Counted from the first letter of the stretch, positions 29,480 to 40,053 are shown. The stretch: 64,000 nt of DNA from an uncultured Planctomycetota bacterium (GCA_963752285.1 CAVVXN010000005.1:1632001-1696000); one strand, 5' to 3'. Notes: generated by a model not told the origin, from the letters alone. Made by a program: numbers and translations.

Positions 29480-29614
29480 ATGGTGACGCAGCGCCTCCCC
29501 CACCGAGCGTGCCGGACGTCGATGACGTCCTTCACGTGGCTCGGCAGCGGGTCGACGGCGCGCGTCGCGTTCCCCGTCGTCCCCGCTCTCCCGGGTGGCG
29601 TCCGGGTCGTCTGA
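29480..29614 (+). CDS. putative 44-aa leader peptide (uORF)
   Basis: CAGGAG RBS, then MVTQRLPHRACRTSMTSFTWLGSGSTARVAFPVVPALPGGVRVV, between the promoter and the ABC genes. Confidence 0.5.
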   Translation: MVTQRLPHRACRTSMTSFTWLGSGSTARVAFPVVPALPGGVRVV

Positions 29615-29712
29615 CCCGACGCGGGCTCGCCCTCGAGCTCCCGCCGCCCGGTCCGCCCGCTCTCGGGCCGACTCCCCCACTCGCGTTCGCTCGTCCGTGT
29701 CGAGGTCCCCCC

Positions 29713-31512
29713 GTGTCCGTCCCCTCACCTCCCCTCCATAGTCCCGCGGCCCGACCGGGGCTCTCGACGCTCGCACGCCTCGCGGGACGGTTCCGTCCGC
29801 GCGCCGCGCGGACGGCGGGCGTGCTCGGCCTGCTCCTCGTCCGGGGCGGGCTCGAGGCCGCGTGGCCGCTCCTGGTCGCGGCGGCCATCGACCGTCTGTT
29901 GGGCCACGAGGGCGGCGGCGGCGGTCTCCCCCCCGGGTACGCGGCGTTGCTCGTGGTCCTCGGGGCCACCGCGCTCGTCCGGAATGCGCTCGTGTTCGTC
30001 TCGCAGGTGGCGGCGGCGCGCCTGGGGCAGGACCTGGAGAACGCGCTCCGCTCCGACCTGCTGGGGCACGTCCTCGCGCTCCGCTTCCGCTACCACGACG
30101 TCAACCGCAGCGGCGCCACGATCGCCCGGGGCCTCCGCGACATGGAGAAGGCCAGGCACTTCTTCCGCGAGGTCTGGTTCGGCTGGGCGGAGGTCGCGAT
30201 CCTCCTCCTGACCGTCGTCCCGGCGGTGTTTGTCGAGCACTGGACGTACGGCCTGGCGACGGCCGTCGCGTTCGGCCTCGGCACGGCCTCCGCGATGCTC
30301 GTGGGCCGGCGGGTGGCCCATCTCGACCGCGACGTGTCGGACGTCTACGACGACGTCGCGACGACGCTGCAGGAGAACGTGGCGGGCGCGCGCGTGGTCC
30401 GCGCGTTCGGCCGCGAGGGCCACCAGGTCCGAAAGTTCGGCGTGCACATGGACCGCTTCTCGGGCCACTGGGCGTCCGAGGAGCGCTACTGGACCGGTCG
30501 GATGCCGCTGGTCCACCACGTGTACCACCTGGTGCTCCCGGTCGTCCTCCTGCTCGGCGCCGCCCGCGTCGCGACCGGTCACGGGGGCGTCGGCGAGGTG
30601 ACGGCCGTGCTCCTCTTCGTGCGGATGGTGCATCACCGCGTGCGCCCGCTGACCCGTCTCGTGATCCTCGGTCAGCAGGCCGTGGCGAGCGCGAGCCGCG
30701 TGTTCGAGGTCCTGGACCACGACGACGTGATCCCCGTGCCGACGGCGCCGCGACGCCTGCCGCCGACCGGAGGGGACCTGGCGCTCGAGGACGTCCGCTT
30801 CCGGCGCGGCACGGACGGCGAGGAGATCCTCCGCGGCGTCTCGCTCGTCGTGCCGGCGGGCTCGTCCCTCGGGATCCTCGGCCCGACGGGCTCGGGCAAG
30901 AGCAGCCTGGTCCACCTCCTCCCGCGCTTCTACGACCCCACGGGCGGCACGGTCCGCCTCGACGGGATCGACCTCTCCGACCTCGACGTCCGCCAGGTGC
31001 GGCGCGAGGTGGGTCTGGTCTTCCAGGAGCCGTTCCTGTTCTCGGGCACGGTCGCCGAGAACATCGCGTACGGGCGGCCGGACCTCGACCGGGCCGCGGT
31101 CGTACGGGCCGCCGAGCTCGCGGCGGCCGACGAGTTCGTTCGCGAGCTGCCCGACGGCTACGACACGCTCGTGGGCGAGCGCGGCGTGAGCCTCTCCGGC
31201 GGTCAGTGCCAGCGCCTGACGATCGCCCGGGCGGTCGCGATGGACCCGCGCGTGCTCGTGTTCGACGACGCGACGGCGAGCGTGGACGCGGTCACCGAGC
31301 GCGTGCTGTTCCAGGGCATCCGGGCCGCCGCGCGCGGCCGGACGACGCTCGTGATCAGCCAGCGGGTGACCTCGGTGCGGTGGTGCGACCGCATCGCCCT
31401 CCTGGAGGAGGGTCGCGTCACCGCCCTGGGGTCCCACGACGAGCTCCTGCGCGAGGAGGGGCTCTACCGCGAGATCTTCCGTCACCAACAGCTCGAGAGG
31501 GTCGCGACATGA
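29713..31512 (+). CDS. ABC exporter, permease + ATPase (degenerate-site subunit)
   Basis: GPTGSGKS, LSGGQ, Walker B FDDAT (no Glu), switch ISQR (no His); start approximate. Confidence 0.9.
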   Translation: MSVPSPPLHSPAARPGLSTLARLAGRFRPRAARTAGVLGLLLVRGGLEAAWPLLVAAAIDRLLGHEGGGGGLPPGYAALLVVLGATALVRNALVFVSQVAAARLGQDLENALRSDLLGHVLALRFRYHDVNRSGATIARGLRDMEKARHFFREVWFGWAEVAILLLTVVPAVFVEHWTYGLATAVAFGLGTASAMLVGRRVAHLDRDVSDVYDDVATTLQENVAGARVVRAFGREGHQVRKFGVHMDRFSGHWASEERYWTGRMPLVHHVYHLVLPVVLLLGAARVATGHGGVGEVTAVLLFVRMVHHRVRPLTRLVILGQQAVASASRVFEVLDHDDVIPVPTAPRRLPPTGGDLALEDVRFRRGTDGEEILRGVSLVVPAGSSLGILGPTGSGKSSLVHLLPRFYDPTGGTVRLDGIDLSDLDVRQVRREVGLVFQEPFLFSGTVAENIAYGRPDLDRAAVVRAAELAAADEFVRELPDGYDTLVGERGVSLSGGQCQRLTIARAVAMDPRVLVFDDATASVDAVTERVLFQGIRAAARGRTTLVISQRVTSVRWCDRIALLEEGRVTALGSHDELLREEGLYREIFRHQQLERVAT

Positions 31513-33287
31513 CCGACGAGATCGCCCTCGAGGAGGAGTTCGCCCGGGCGCCGCTCAAGCGGGCGACCTTCCGCCGGCTCCTCGGCTACTTCCGCCCGTG
31601 GCGCGGCAAGGTCGTCCTCGTGATCGTGCTCGAGGCGACCTGGGTCGTGTCGATGCTCGTGGACCCGCGCCTCGTGCGCCGGGCCGTGGACGGTCCGCTC
31701 GGACACGGGGACGTGTCGGGCACCGCTGGGATCGGCGCGTTCATGGTCGCGAACATGCTGGCGCGGGCCGCGCTCACGGTCTGGGAGCTCCGCATGAGCA
31801 CCTGGATCGGCGTCCAGGTCGTGGACGCGCTGCGTCGCGACGTGTTCGGGCACATCCAGCGACTCCACATGCGGTACTTCGACCGCACGAAGCAGGGCCG
31901 GATCATCGCCCGGGCCGACCGGGACGTGGACACGCTCGAGCAGCTCGTCTTCTGGGGCCCGATCGCGTTCACCTCGCTCGCCCTCTCCCTGGTCCTCGGA
32001 TCGACCTGGCTCCTCGGCTCGAACGCCTCCCTCGCCCTCTGGCTGGTCGGCGCGACGCCGGTGGTCTGGGCGCTGACGCGTCTCTTCCACCGGTTCGGCT
32101 TCCCGGCGTACCGGCGCATCCGCGAGACGCACGCCGCGATCTCGGCGCAGGTCGCCGAGGCGATCACGGGCGTCCGCGTCGTGCAGGCCTTCGGCCAGGA
32201 GGGCCGCGAGCTCGAGGACCTCGGACGCCGGCAGGGCCTCTACCGCGCGGCCGTGATCCGCGGTGCGAAGGTCGCGGGCGCGTACATCCCGAGCCTCTCC
32301 CTCGTCTTCCACGGCGTGACGCTCCTGATCCTCGCCCTCGGCGCGGGCGCCGTGACGCGGGGCGAGATGAGCGTGGGGGGCCTGCTCGAGTTCGTGCTCC
32401 TCATGGGGTTCGTGCTCGGGCCGGTCGAGGGGCTCGGAGGCCTCTACAACGAGTCGCTCGTGGCCGGCGCCGCGGCCGAGCGGATCTTCCTCCTCCTCGA
32501 CACGGAGCCGGAGGTTCGGGACCGCCCCGACGCGATCGACCCGGGACGCCTCCGGGGCCGCGTCCGCTTCGAGGACGTGTGGTTCCGGTACGACGCGTCC
32601 GACGAGACCGGCTGGCAGGTCGAGGGCGTGTCCTTCGAGGTGCGGCCCGGCGAGACGGTCGCGCTCGTGGGCCACACCGGCGCCGGCAAGACGTCGGTGA
32701 TCAACCTGCTGGGCCGGTTCTACGAGGCGCAGCGGGGCGTGGTCCGCCTCGACGACATGGACATCCGCACGCTCACGCTCGACGCCCTCCACCGCCAGAC
32801 GGGCATCGTGCTGCAGTCGAACTTCCTGTTCGACGGCACCGTGCTCGAGAACCTCCGCTTCGTGGAGGAGGGCCTCACGGCCGAGGCGGCCGAGCGGGGC
32901 TTCGAGGCGCTCGGCTGCCTGCCCGTGCTCCGCCAGCTCCCGCACGGCCTCGACACCGAGGTCGGCGAGCGGGGCGCGAACCTGTCCGAGGGCGAGCGCC
33001 AGATCGTGTGCTTCGTGCGCGCGCTGCTGGCCCACCCGTCGATCCTGATCCTCGACGAGGCCACGAGCGCGGTGGACACGCGTACCGAGGCGCTGATCCT
33101 CGGCGCGCTTCACCGCCTCGCGTCCCGACAGACGACGGTCGTGATCGCGCACCGTCTCTCCACCATCCGGGGCGCCGACCGGATCCTCGTGATGGACCAC
33201 GGCCGCCTGGTCGAGCAGGGCACGCACGCGTCCCTGCTCGAGGCGGACGGCGTGTACGCCCGCCTCTACGCGGAGTACGCCGCCTGA
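31509..33287 (+). CDS. ABC exporter, permease + ATPase (consensus-site subunit)
   Basis: ATGA overlap with the upstream gene; GHTGAGKT, degenerate signature LSEGE, LDEATS, IAHRLST. Confidence 0.92.
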   Translation: MTDEIALEEEFARAPLKRATFRRLLGYFRPWRGKVVLVIVLEATWVVSMLVDPRLVRRAVDGPLGHGDVSGTAGIGAFMVANMLARAALTVWELRMSTWIGVQVVDALRRDVFGHIQRLHMRYFDRTKQGRIIARADRDVDTLEQLVFWGPIAFTSLALSLVLGSTWLLGSNASLALWLVGATPVVWALTRLFHRFGFPAYRRIRETHAAISAQVAEAITGVRVVQAFGQEGRELEDLGRRQGLYRAAVIRGAKVAGAYIPSLSLVFHGVTLLILALGAGAVTRGEMSVGGLLEFVLLMGFVLGPVEGLGGLYNESLVAGAAAERIFLLLDTEPEVRDRPDAIDPGRLRGRVRFEDVWFRYDASDETGWQVEGVSFEVRPGETVALVGHTGAGKTSVINLLGRFYEAQRGVVRLDDMDIRTLTLDALHRQTGIVLQSNFLFDGTVLENLRFVEEGLTAEAAERGFEALGCLPVLRQLPHGLDTEVGERGANLSEGERQIVCFVRALLAHPSILILDEATSAVDTRTEALILGALHRLASRQTTVVIAHRLSTIRGADRILVMDHGRLVEQGTHASLLEADGVYARLYAEYAA

Positions 33288-33312
33288 CCGACCTTCCGTG
33301 CCGCGCGGGCCC

Positions 33313-36300
33313 TCAGAGACCGGCGCCGGAGCCGATGCCGAGGCGGCGGCCGACCCAGACGCGGCCGGCGAGGACCAGCCGGAAGAGCGTGGGGATCAGG
33401 AGCAGCGTGAAGATCGTCGAGACGAAGAGCCCGCCGATCAAGATGCTGCCGATGCCCCGGTAGAGCTCGCTGCCCGCGCCGGGGAAGAGGACCAGCGGCA
33501 GCAGGCCGAAGACCGTGGTGAAGAGGGTCATGAAGATCGGCCGCATGCGGGTGTGAACGCTGCGGAGGACCGCCGCGGAGGGCGGGAGCTTCTCGACGCG
33601 CATGTAGTTGAGCGACTGGTGCACGATCAGGATCGCGTTGTTCACGACGGTCCCGACGAGGATCACGAAGCCGAGCATGGTGAGCACGTCGAGCGCCTGC
33701 GGCACGAAGCGGTTCAACAGCCAGAGGCCGAACAGCCCGCCCACGGCGCCCAGCGGCACGGAGAGGATCACCACGAAGGGGTAGAACCACGACTCGAAGA
33801 GCGCCGCCATGAGGAGGTAGGTGATCGCGACCGCGAGCAACAGGTTGAACTGGAGCTCTCCCCAGACGGCCGCGAGCTTGTCGGCCGTGCCGCCCAACGT
33901 GACGCGGTAGCCACCCTCGAGACTCCCGTCCCTCTCGAGCGGCTGTACGACCTCGCTGCGCACGCGGTCCACCGCCTCCTGCAGGGGGACCGACTCGGGC
34001 GGGACGAGCTCGATCGTGACCGCCCGCTCGCGCTCGCGCCGGTTGATCTGCTCGGGCCCGGAGCTCAGGACGACGTTGGCGATCGAGCCGAGCGGGACGA
34101 GATTGCCGCTGGGGGTCGCGACCGGGAGGTCCTCCAGGTCCTGGAAGCGGCTCGCGTACTGGTCCTCGCCGACGATCGTGAGGTCCATCTTCTTGCCGCC
34201 GGAGAAGTAGTCCCCCGCGTACGCACCGTCGACGAGCGCGTCGATCGTGTAGCCGAGGTCCACGCCCGACATCCCGACGTCGCCGGTGCGGTTCCAGAGA
34301 GGCAGGATGTGCACCTCGGGGCTCGAGAGGTCGAGGCTCGGGATGGGGCGGATCTGGGCGCCCTTCGGATACATCTGCATCACCTGGCCCATCACGCGGC
34401 CGCCCATGCCGACGAGACGGTGGAGGTCGGGCCCCCGGATCTCGATGTCGATCGTCCGGCCGCCCGTGAGCCCCTGCTCGAAGAGGCTCGTCTGGAACGC
34501 GAATCCGATCGAGCCCGGGATGCCGTAGATCCGGCGGGTCAGCACGGGCCCGAGGTCCTTCGCGAGCATGTCGTCCATGGCGCGAATGCCGATGAAGAGC
34601 TGGCGCCCGCTCGCCACGAAGAAGAACTGGCTGATCGCCGGCTCCCCCGAGACCGTCGTCGTGCCCTCGTCCACGTCCCAGAGCGGACGCATCTGCCCGT
34701 CGAGGTTCTCCCCGATCCGCGTCATCTCCTCGAGGTTGTAGCCGGGGGGAGGCAGGATGATCGCGATGGTCAGGTTCTGGTTTCCGGTCGGCAGGTACTC
34801 GGCCTTGGGGATCAGCAGCCACGTCCCGAGGCCCGCCGCGCCGACGAGGAGGAGGGCGAACACGATCTGGCGGAGGATCCCGCGTTCGAGCCAGCGATGG
34901 ATCCCCAGCACGCCGTTCACGAACCCCCGCCCCAGGAGGTCGAAGGGCAGGACGAGCGGTCGGAAGAACCGCGGGACGCGGGCGTTTACGTCGGGCCCGG
35001 CGTCGGGGTCGCGTCCCGGCTCGGGCTCCTCGTCGGGATCGTGCTCCGGCAGGATCCGGGCCGTCGAGGGCGGGATCACCGTAACGGAGACGAGCAGCGA
35101 GAGGCCGACGGCGCACGAGATCGCCAGCGCGATGTCCGAGAAGAGCTGGCCGACCTCGTCCTTGAGGAAGAGGACCGGGATGAACACGGCGAGGGTCGTG
35201 AGCGTCGAGGCGACGACCGCGCCCCACACCTCGGCCGTCCCGCGGACGGAGGCGTCCACGCGGCTCTCCCCCATCTGGTGGCGGCGGTAGATGTTCTCGA
35301 GGACCACGATCGCGTTGTCCACGAGCATGCCGACGGCGAAGGCCATGCCCGCGAGGCTCACGACGTTCAGCGAGCGCCCCATCAGCCCGAGGAGGAGGAA
35401 CGTGCCGACCACGCTCGTCGGGATTGCCAGGGAGATGATGAGCGTCGAGCGAAGGCTCCTCAGGAAGATGAGCAGGACGAGCACGGTGAGGATGCCGCCC
35501 AGGACGATGTTCGACTGGACCAGGCCGATCGCCGACTCGATGTACTCGGTCTCGTCGTAAGCCTGGTCGAGCTGGACGCCCTTCGACGCGAGGACGCCCG
35601 AGTTGAGCTCCTCGATGGCGGTTCGGATGCCCGCCATCACATCGAGGACGTTCGCGCCGGTCTCGCGAACGCAGTTGATCGCCAGGCAGCGCTGGCCGAA
35701 GTGGAAGACGGCGGCCGAGGGCTTGTGGTAGCCGATCTTCACGTCCGCGACGTCGCGGACGAGGACGGTGACGCCGCCGCGGCGCGCGACGACGCTCTCC
35801 GCGACGTCTTCCGGCGAGTGGAACTGGCCGAGGGTGCGCACGACGTAGCGCCGCTTCCCCTCCCAGTAGTCGCCGGCCGAGACGTCGGTGTTGTGGAGCG
35901 CGAGGGCCGCGCGGAGCTCCGGGATCGTGATCCGCCGCGCGGCGAGACGCTGCGGGTCCACGACGACGAGAAGCTCCTCCTCCTCGCCGCCGAACACGTT
36001 CGCGTTCGACACCCCGGTGACGCGCTCGAGACGCGCCTCGATCTGGTCCTCGGTGAAGCGGAGGAGCTTCGGAATGTCCACAGCGGGCGGCAGGATCGGC
36101 TGGACCCCCGGATTCGCCTTGGCCGCGTCCGCGAGACGCCGGCCCCTCAGGCCCCGGCTCTTCGCGCGGAGCGCGGGCTCGAGGGCGCTCGCGAGCTCCG
36201 GGTGCTCCTGCTGAAACTTCCGGATCTCGGCGTCCGTGGGGACCCGCGGCCTGAGAATCATCCACGCGATCGGCTTGTCCGAGGACGAAGACGTGGCGAT

Positions 36301-36678
36301 GACGGGCTCGTCCGCGTTCTCCGGGTAGCTCTTCACCTGCTGGAGCCGGGTGTTGACCTTGAGGAGCGCGGTCGCGATGTCGGTCCCGACCGAGAACTCG
36401 AGGTTGATCGTGCCGGTGGAGTCCTGGCTCTCCGAGGACATCTTCGTGACGCCCTCGACGCCCTTCAGCTGCTCCTCCTGCGCATCGACGATCTCTCGCT
36501 CGACCTCCTCCGGGCTCGCGCCGGGCCACGCGGTCTTGATCGAGATGACCTGACGCTGCACCTCCGGCACGAGCTGGATCGGCATCCGCGTCAACGCGAT
36601 CAGCCCGAAGAGGACGACCAGCAGCACGCCGACCGCGATCTTGACGGGGTTCTGGACGAAGGCGGTGATCAGGTTCAC
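33313..36678 (-). CDS. RND efflux transporter permease (AcrB family)
   Basis: WPGASPEEVE, VGMLVDNAIVVLENIYR, GTVVNNAILIV, RMRPIFMT. Confidence 0.95.
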   Translation of the reverse strand: MNLITAFVQNPVKIAVGVLLVVLFGLIALTRMPIQLVPEVQRQVISIKTAWPGASPEEVEREIVDAQEEQLKGVEGVTKMSSESQDSTGTINLEFSVGTDIATALLKVNTRLQQVKSYPENADEPVIATSSSSDKPIAWMILRPRVPTDAEIRKFQQEHPELASALEPALRAKSRGLRGRRLADAAKANPGVQPILPPAVDIPKLLRFTEDQIEARLERVTGVSNANVFGGEEEELLVVVDPQRLAARRITIPELRAALALHNTDVSAGDYWEGKRRYVVRTLGQFHSPEDVAESVVARRGGVTVLVRDVADVKIGYHKPSAAVFHFGQRCLAINCVRETGANVLDVMAGIRTAIEELNSGVLASKGVQLDQAYDETEYIESAIGLVQSNIVLGGILTVLVLLIFLRSLRSTLIISLAIPTSVVGTFLLLGLMGRSLNVVSLAGMAFAVGMLVDNAIVVLENIYRRHQMGESRVDASVRGTAEVWGAVVASTLTTLAVFIPVLFLKDEVGQLFSDIALAISCAVGLSLLVSVTVIPPSTARILPEHDPDEEPEPGRDPDAGPDVNARVPRFFRPLVLPFDLLGRGFVNGVLGIHRWLERGILRQIVFALLLVGAAGLGTWLLIPKAEYLPTGNQNLTIAIILPPPGYNLEEMTRIGENLDGQMRPLWDVDEGTTTVSGEPAISQFFFVASGRQLFIGIRAMDDMLAKDLGPVLTRRIYGIPGSIGFAFQTSLFEQGLTGGRTIDIEIRGPDLHRLVGMGGRVMGQVMQMYPKGAQIRPIPSLDLSSPEVHILPLWNRTGDVGMSGVDLGYTIDALVDGAYAGDYFSGGKKMDLTIVGEDQYASRFQDLEDLPVATPSGNLVPLGSIANVVLSSGPEQINRRERERAVTIELVPPESVPLQEAVDRVRSEVVQPLERDGSLEGGYRVTLGGTADKLAAVWGELQFNLLLAVAITYLLMAALFESWFYPFVVILSVPLGAVGGLFGLWLLNRFVPQALDVLTMLGFVILVGTVVNNAILIVHQSLNYMRVEKLPPSAAVLRSVHTRMRPIFMTLFTTVFGLLPLVLFPGAGSELYRGIGSILIGGLFVSTIFTLLLIPTLFRLVLAGRVWVGRRLGIGSGAGL

Positions 36679-36688
36679 GGCGGCCCGA

Positions 36689-37963
36689 TCAGTCCTGGAC
36701 CTGGACCGGAGCCGCCGGCGGGAACAGGCGCTCGTTGCCGCGCGTCACGACCTGGACGCCGGCCTCGAGCTCCCCCTTCACCTCCACGAGGTCGTCCACC
36801 GCCGCGCCGAGCACGACGGCCACGGGGTGCGCGACCGACGTCTTCGGGTCGATGACCCAGACGACCGGCTGCGGTCCGCCCAGCACCACCGCGTCCTTCG
36901 GGACGAAGATTCCCTGGCTCTCCTGCCCCACCGCGAGCGTCGTGCGCGCGAACATGCCCGCCTTGATCAACGGCTCGTCGCCAACGCGCTCGTTGTCGAG
37001 GCGCACGAGGACGGGAAAGGTACGACCGCGTACGTCGGCCTGCGGCACGATGCGGTGGATCTTGCCGGTCAGCATGCGGCGTGCGAGCGCGTCGATCTCG
37101 ACGCGCACCGACGTCTCCTCCACGAGGCCGCCGACGAAGTCCTCGGGCACCTGCACGACGACGTCCACCTGGTCGAGCGCGACGATCTCCACGACGGGCG
37201 CCCCCACGGAGAGGTACTCGCCCTCCTCCGTGCGCTCCGCCACGACCCACCCGCCGAAGGGGGCCTTGATCTCGTATCGACTTCGCTGCTCCTCGAGACG
37301 GTCCACGGTGGCCTGCTCGCCGTCCACCTGGGCCTTCGCCTGGGCGACCTCCTCCTCCCGGGGACCGGCGACGACGAGGGCCAGCGCGGCCTTGGCCGCG
37401 TCCACGAGCAAGCCGGCGTCCTTCTCCTGAAGCCGCGCGTCGCGGAGCTGGTCCTCGCTGATCGTGTGGTCGGAGTAGAGCCGCTCCGCGGCCTCGCGGC
37501 GCCACGTCTTGAGCTCGAGATCCGCCTCCTGCTGGGCCACGCGGGCGCGCGACTGCTGGACCTCCTCGGGACGCGACCCGTTCTGGAGCTCCCGGAGGCG
37601 CTCGGTCCTCAGCGCGAGCTCCGCCCGCGCCGCGGCGAGGTCCAGGTCGAGGATGGCCGTGGAGAGCTTCGCGACCGGCTGCTTCTCCTCGACGCGGTCG
37701 CCCTGGCGCACGAGGAGCGCGGTCACGAGCCCCGCGAACTCGCTCCCCACGACGCTCCGCCGTGTCGGCTCGACGGACCCCACGAACGAACGGCCTTCGC
37801 GCACCGACCGCGCGACCACGGGCGCCGCCTTCACGGGCTGCGGCGGACGCGCGGGCGGCCCGGCCGGGCCCGCGCCCGCCTTCCCGCCTCCGCCCTCGGC
37901 CCACACCACGCCCGCGAGGAGGCCCAGGAGGACCGCCGCCCGCGCCGCCAGACGAACCCTCAT
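36689..37963 (-). CDS. RND membrane fusion (periplasmic adaptor) protein
   Basis: GLVTALLVRQGDRVEE, NGSRPEEV, IKAPFGGWV, IKAGMFAR, VVTRGNERL. Confidence 0.92.
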   Translation of the reverse strand: MRVRLAARAAVLLGLLAGVVWAEGGGGKAGAGPAGPPARPPQPVKAAPVVARSVREGRSFVGSVEPTRRSVVGSEFAGLVTALLVRQGDRVEEKQPVAKLSTAILDLDLAAARAELALRTERLRELQNGSRPEEVQQSRARVAQQEADLELKTWRREAAERLYSDHTISEDQLRDARLQEKDAGLLVDAAKAALALVVAGPREEEVAQAKAQVDGEQATVDRLEEQRSRYEIKAPFGGWVVAERTEEGEYLSVGAPVVEIVALDQVDVVVQVPEDFVGGLVEETSVRVEIDALARRMLTGKIHRIVPQADVRGRTFPVLVRLDNERVGDEPLIKAGMFARTTLAVGQESQGIFVPKDAVVLGGPQPVVWVIDPKTSVAHPVAVVLGAAVDDLVEVKGELEAGVQVVTRGNERLFPPAAPVQVQD

Positions 37964-38430
37964 TCGACCTCCTCGACGCCCAGGTTCTGGCGGATCACGG
38001 CGAGCGCCTCGCGCAACGTGTCGAGCTGCTCCCGCGAGAGGCCGGCGATCGCACGCTCCCGGACACGGTGGGCGCACTCGACGAGCTGCTCCCAGACGGG
38101 CCCGATCCGTGGCTCCAGGCGCACGAGCTTCCGGCGCTTGTCGCTGGGGTTCGGACGGCGCGTGATCCACCCGTCGCGTTCCATGCGGTCGAGGATCCCC
38201 GCCAGCGTCGGCGGCTCGATCGTCATCTCCTTCGCCAGCTCGGCCTGGCAGACGTCCCGTTCGCGCGTGAGGCGGAGGAGGACGCGCCACTGCTGGTGCG
38301 TCACGCCGACGCGGGCGAACTCCTCGTTCAAGGCCCGCTTCATGGCCCGCGCCGTCGGGAGCATCCAGTACGTGATGCTCTCGTGGAAGTCGTACTCGAG
38401 GGGTTTGTGCTCGCTGTCGGTCACGTGCAT
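37960..38430 (-). CDS. MarR family regulator
   Basis: GVTHQQWRVL...QAELAKEMTIEPPTLAGILDRMERDGWITR...DKRRK; overlaps the MFP start. Confidence 0.92.
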   Translation of the reverse strand: MHVTDSEHKPLEYDFHESITYWMLPTARAMKRALNEEFARVGVTHQQWRVLLRLTRERDVCQAELAKEMTIEPPTLAGILDRMERDGWITRRPNPSDKRRKLVRLEPRIGPVWEQLVECAHRVRERAIAGLSREQLDTLREALAVIRQNLGVEEVE

Positions 38431-38907
38431 GGAACCTTCCAGGGTAGTGTTGCCGCCCTCCCGGGCCAGCGGGGGAACGAGCGACGCGCGCGCGTCGGCG
38501 CGGGTCTCGGCCTCTGGCTCCGTCCCGACCGGCCTCGCGGGCGAGGCCCTCCTGTGTCGCGCCCCGTGTGCTCGTCCTCTCCGCGTACGCGGCGCACCGG
38601 CCCGCGCCGACCCCGAGCTCGCCGCTCGAGGTGGCCCAGAGCCCGAGGCGGACCGGACCACCCCCCGCGCGCCCGGGGGCCCTGAACGTACCGGCGGACG
38701 GGGGCCGGCCCGTCGGTGGAGTTCATCCCCGACCCCGGCCGTCGCGCACGGGCGAGGCGCCCCCGCCCACCGGCGGGAGGCGAGTCTTTGCCGCGGAGGG
38801 GCCGGGGCGGGTTTGCGTCCCGTTCTCAGCATCGCTACCGGGACCCTCGGCCTCCCCCTAGCATCCCCCCCCGGTTCGATCCCATCGATCCCAGGCAGGA
38901 GCATCCC

Positions 38908-39114
38908 GTGAAGAAGGCTTTCCTGGTTCTCGGTCTCATCGCAGCGGCGGGACTCGCCGGAGCGTGCCATCACTACAGCTACGCGGGCACGCCGGGCGCC
39001 ACGACGTACGCGCAGCCCGCCCCGACGGGCCCGATGCCGGCGCCGATGACCGCGCCCCCGATGTCCGCCCCCGCGGCGGGCACGGGCTGCGGCGGCCCGC
39101 ACGGTTGCGGCTAA
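38908..39114 (+). CDS. small Pro-rich lipoprotein with C-terminal CGGPHGCG (68 aa)
   Basis: CAGGAG RBS and GTG start; MKKAFLVLGLIAAAGLAGA|CHHYSYAG...PMPAPMTAPPM...GCGGPHGCG. Confidence 0.75.
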   Translation: MKKAFLVLGLIAAAGLAGACHHYSYAGTPGATTYAQPAPTGPMPAPMTAPPMSAPAAGTGCGGPHGCG

Positions 39115-39329
39115 ACCCCGCTCGCGCGAACGTCTCCGGTCGTCTCGACCGGCCTGACCCCGCTTGACCGCCGCGCCCCCGTCGGCGCGGGTCGGTTCTG
39201 GTCGTCTGCTCTTCGACAAGGGGGAGCAGACGACCTCGTTCCAGGTGGCGCCGGCCGCGCACGCCCTCTGACGCGACCTGCCTGCGCCCGATTCCGGGCC
39301 CCGTGCGCGCATGGCGCCGGGAGGACCAC

Positions 39330-39791
39330 GTGAGCGGCGAACGCCCCGGGACGCCGGACGAGAGTCGGGAGCGCCTCGTCGCCCGACTCGGAGACGAGGA
39401 CCCCGGCCAGCGGACCGCCGCCGCGAAGGCGCTCGGCCGACTCGGGCCCACGGCGCGCGAATTCGCGCCGGAGCTCCTACCGGTCCTCGGGGACGAGGAC
39501 CCGATGGTTCGGGCGATGGCCGCCGCGGCGCTCGGGAAGATCGGCGCCGACGAGGACCGGGTCGTGCAGGCGCTCGGCCTCCTCCTCGACGACGCGGTGG
39601 TGCCGGTTCGCTTCTGGGCGGCCGACGCGCTCGGACGGCTCGGTGCCTCGGCGGGCCCGCTCCTGGCACGACTCGACCGGCTGGCGGCGAGCGGTCCGCC
39701 TCCGGTCTCGAACGCGGCCCGACTCGCCGCCAGCCGCATTCGATCGGCAAGGGCGGGCGAGGATCAGGGGTCGGACGCGATCGGGCGGTAG
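39330..39791 (+). CDS. HEAT-repeat protein
   Basis: GGAGG RBS; repeats LGDEDPxxRxxAAxALGxxG. Confidence 0.8.
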   Translation: MSGERPGTPDESRERLVARLGDEDPGQRTAAAKALGRLGPTAREFAPELLPVLGDEDPMVRAMAAAALGKIGADEDRVVQALGLLLDDAVVPVRFWAADALGRLGASAGPLLARLDRLAASGPPPVSNAARLAASRIRSARAGEDQGSDAIGR

Positions 39792-39802
39792 AATCCCGCG
39801 CG

Positions 39803-40030
39803 ATGCCGAGTCCGCATTCCCTCCGCCGCCTCGCCAACCTCTCGAAGAAGGTCCACGACGACCTCCGGCGCGGCGGGATGGCGATGACGTTCAAGTACCT
39901 CTTCCGCTCCACCGCGATCTTGGCCCGGGTGACGGCGATCCTCGCCGACTACGTGGCGACCGAGGCGGGCGCCCCCGCCCAGGAAGGCGAAGAGCCGCCC
40001 GGGAAGCGGGGCCTTCGCACCGGCCGCTAG
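39803..40030 (+). CDS. small hypothetical protein (75 aa)
   Basis: TAGAAT 8 nt before the ATG; MPSPHSLRRLANLSKKVHDDL...; coding-like codon usage. Confidence 0.55.
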   Translation: MPSPHSLRRLANLSKKVHDDLRRGGMAMTFKYLFRSTAILARVTAILADYVATEAGAPAQEGEEPPGKRGLRTGR

Positions 40031-40053
40031 CCCGCCGGGCCCGCCCCCCTCGA

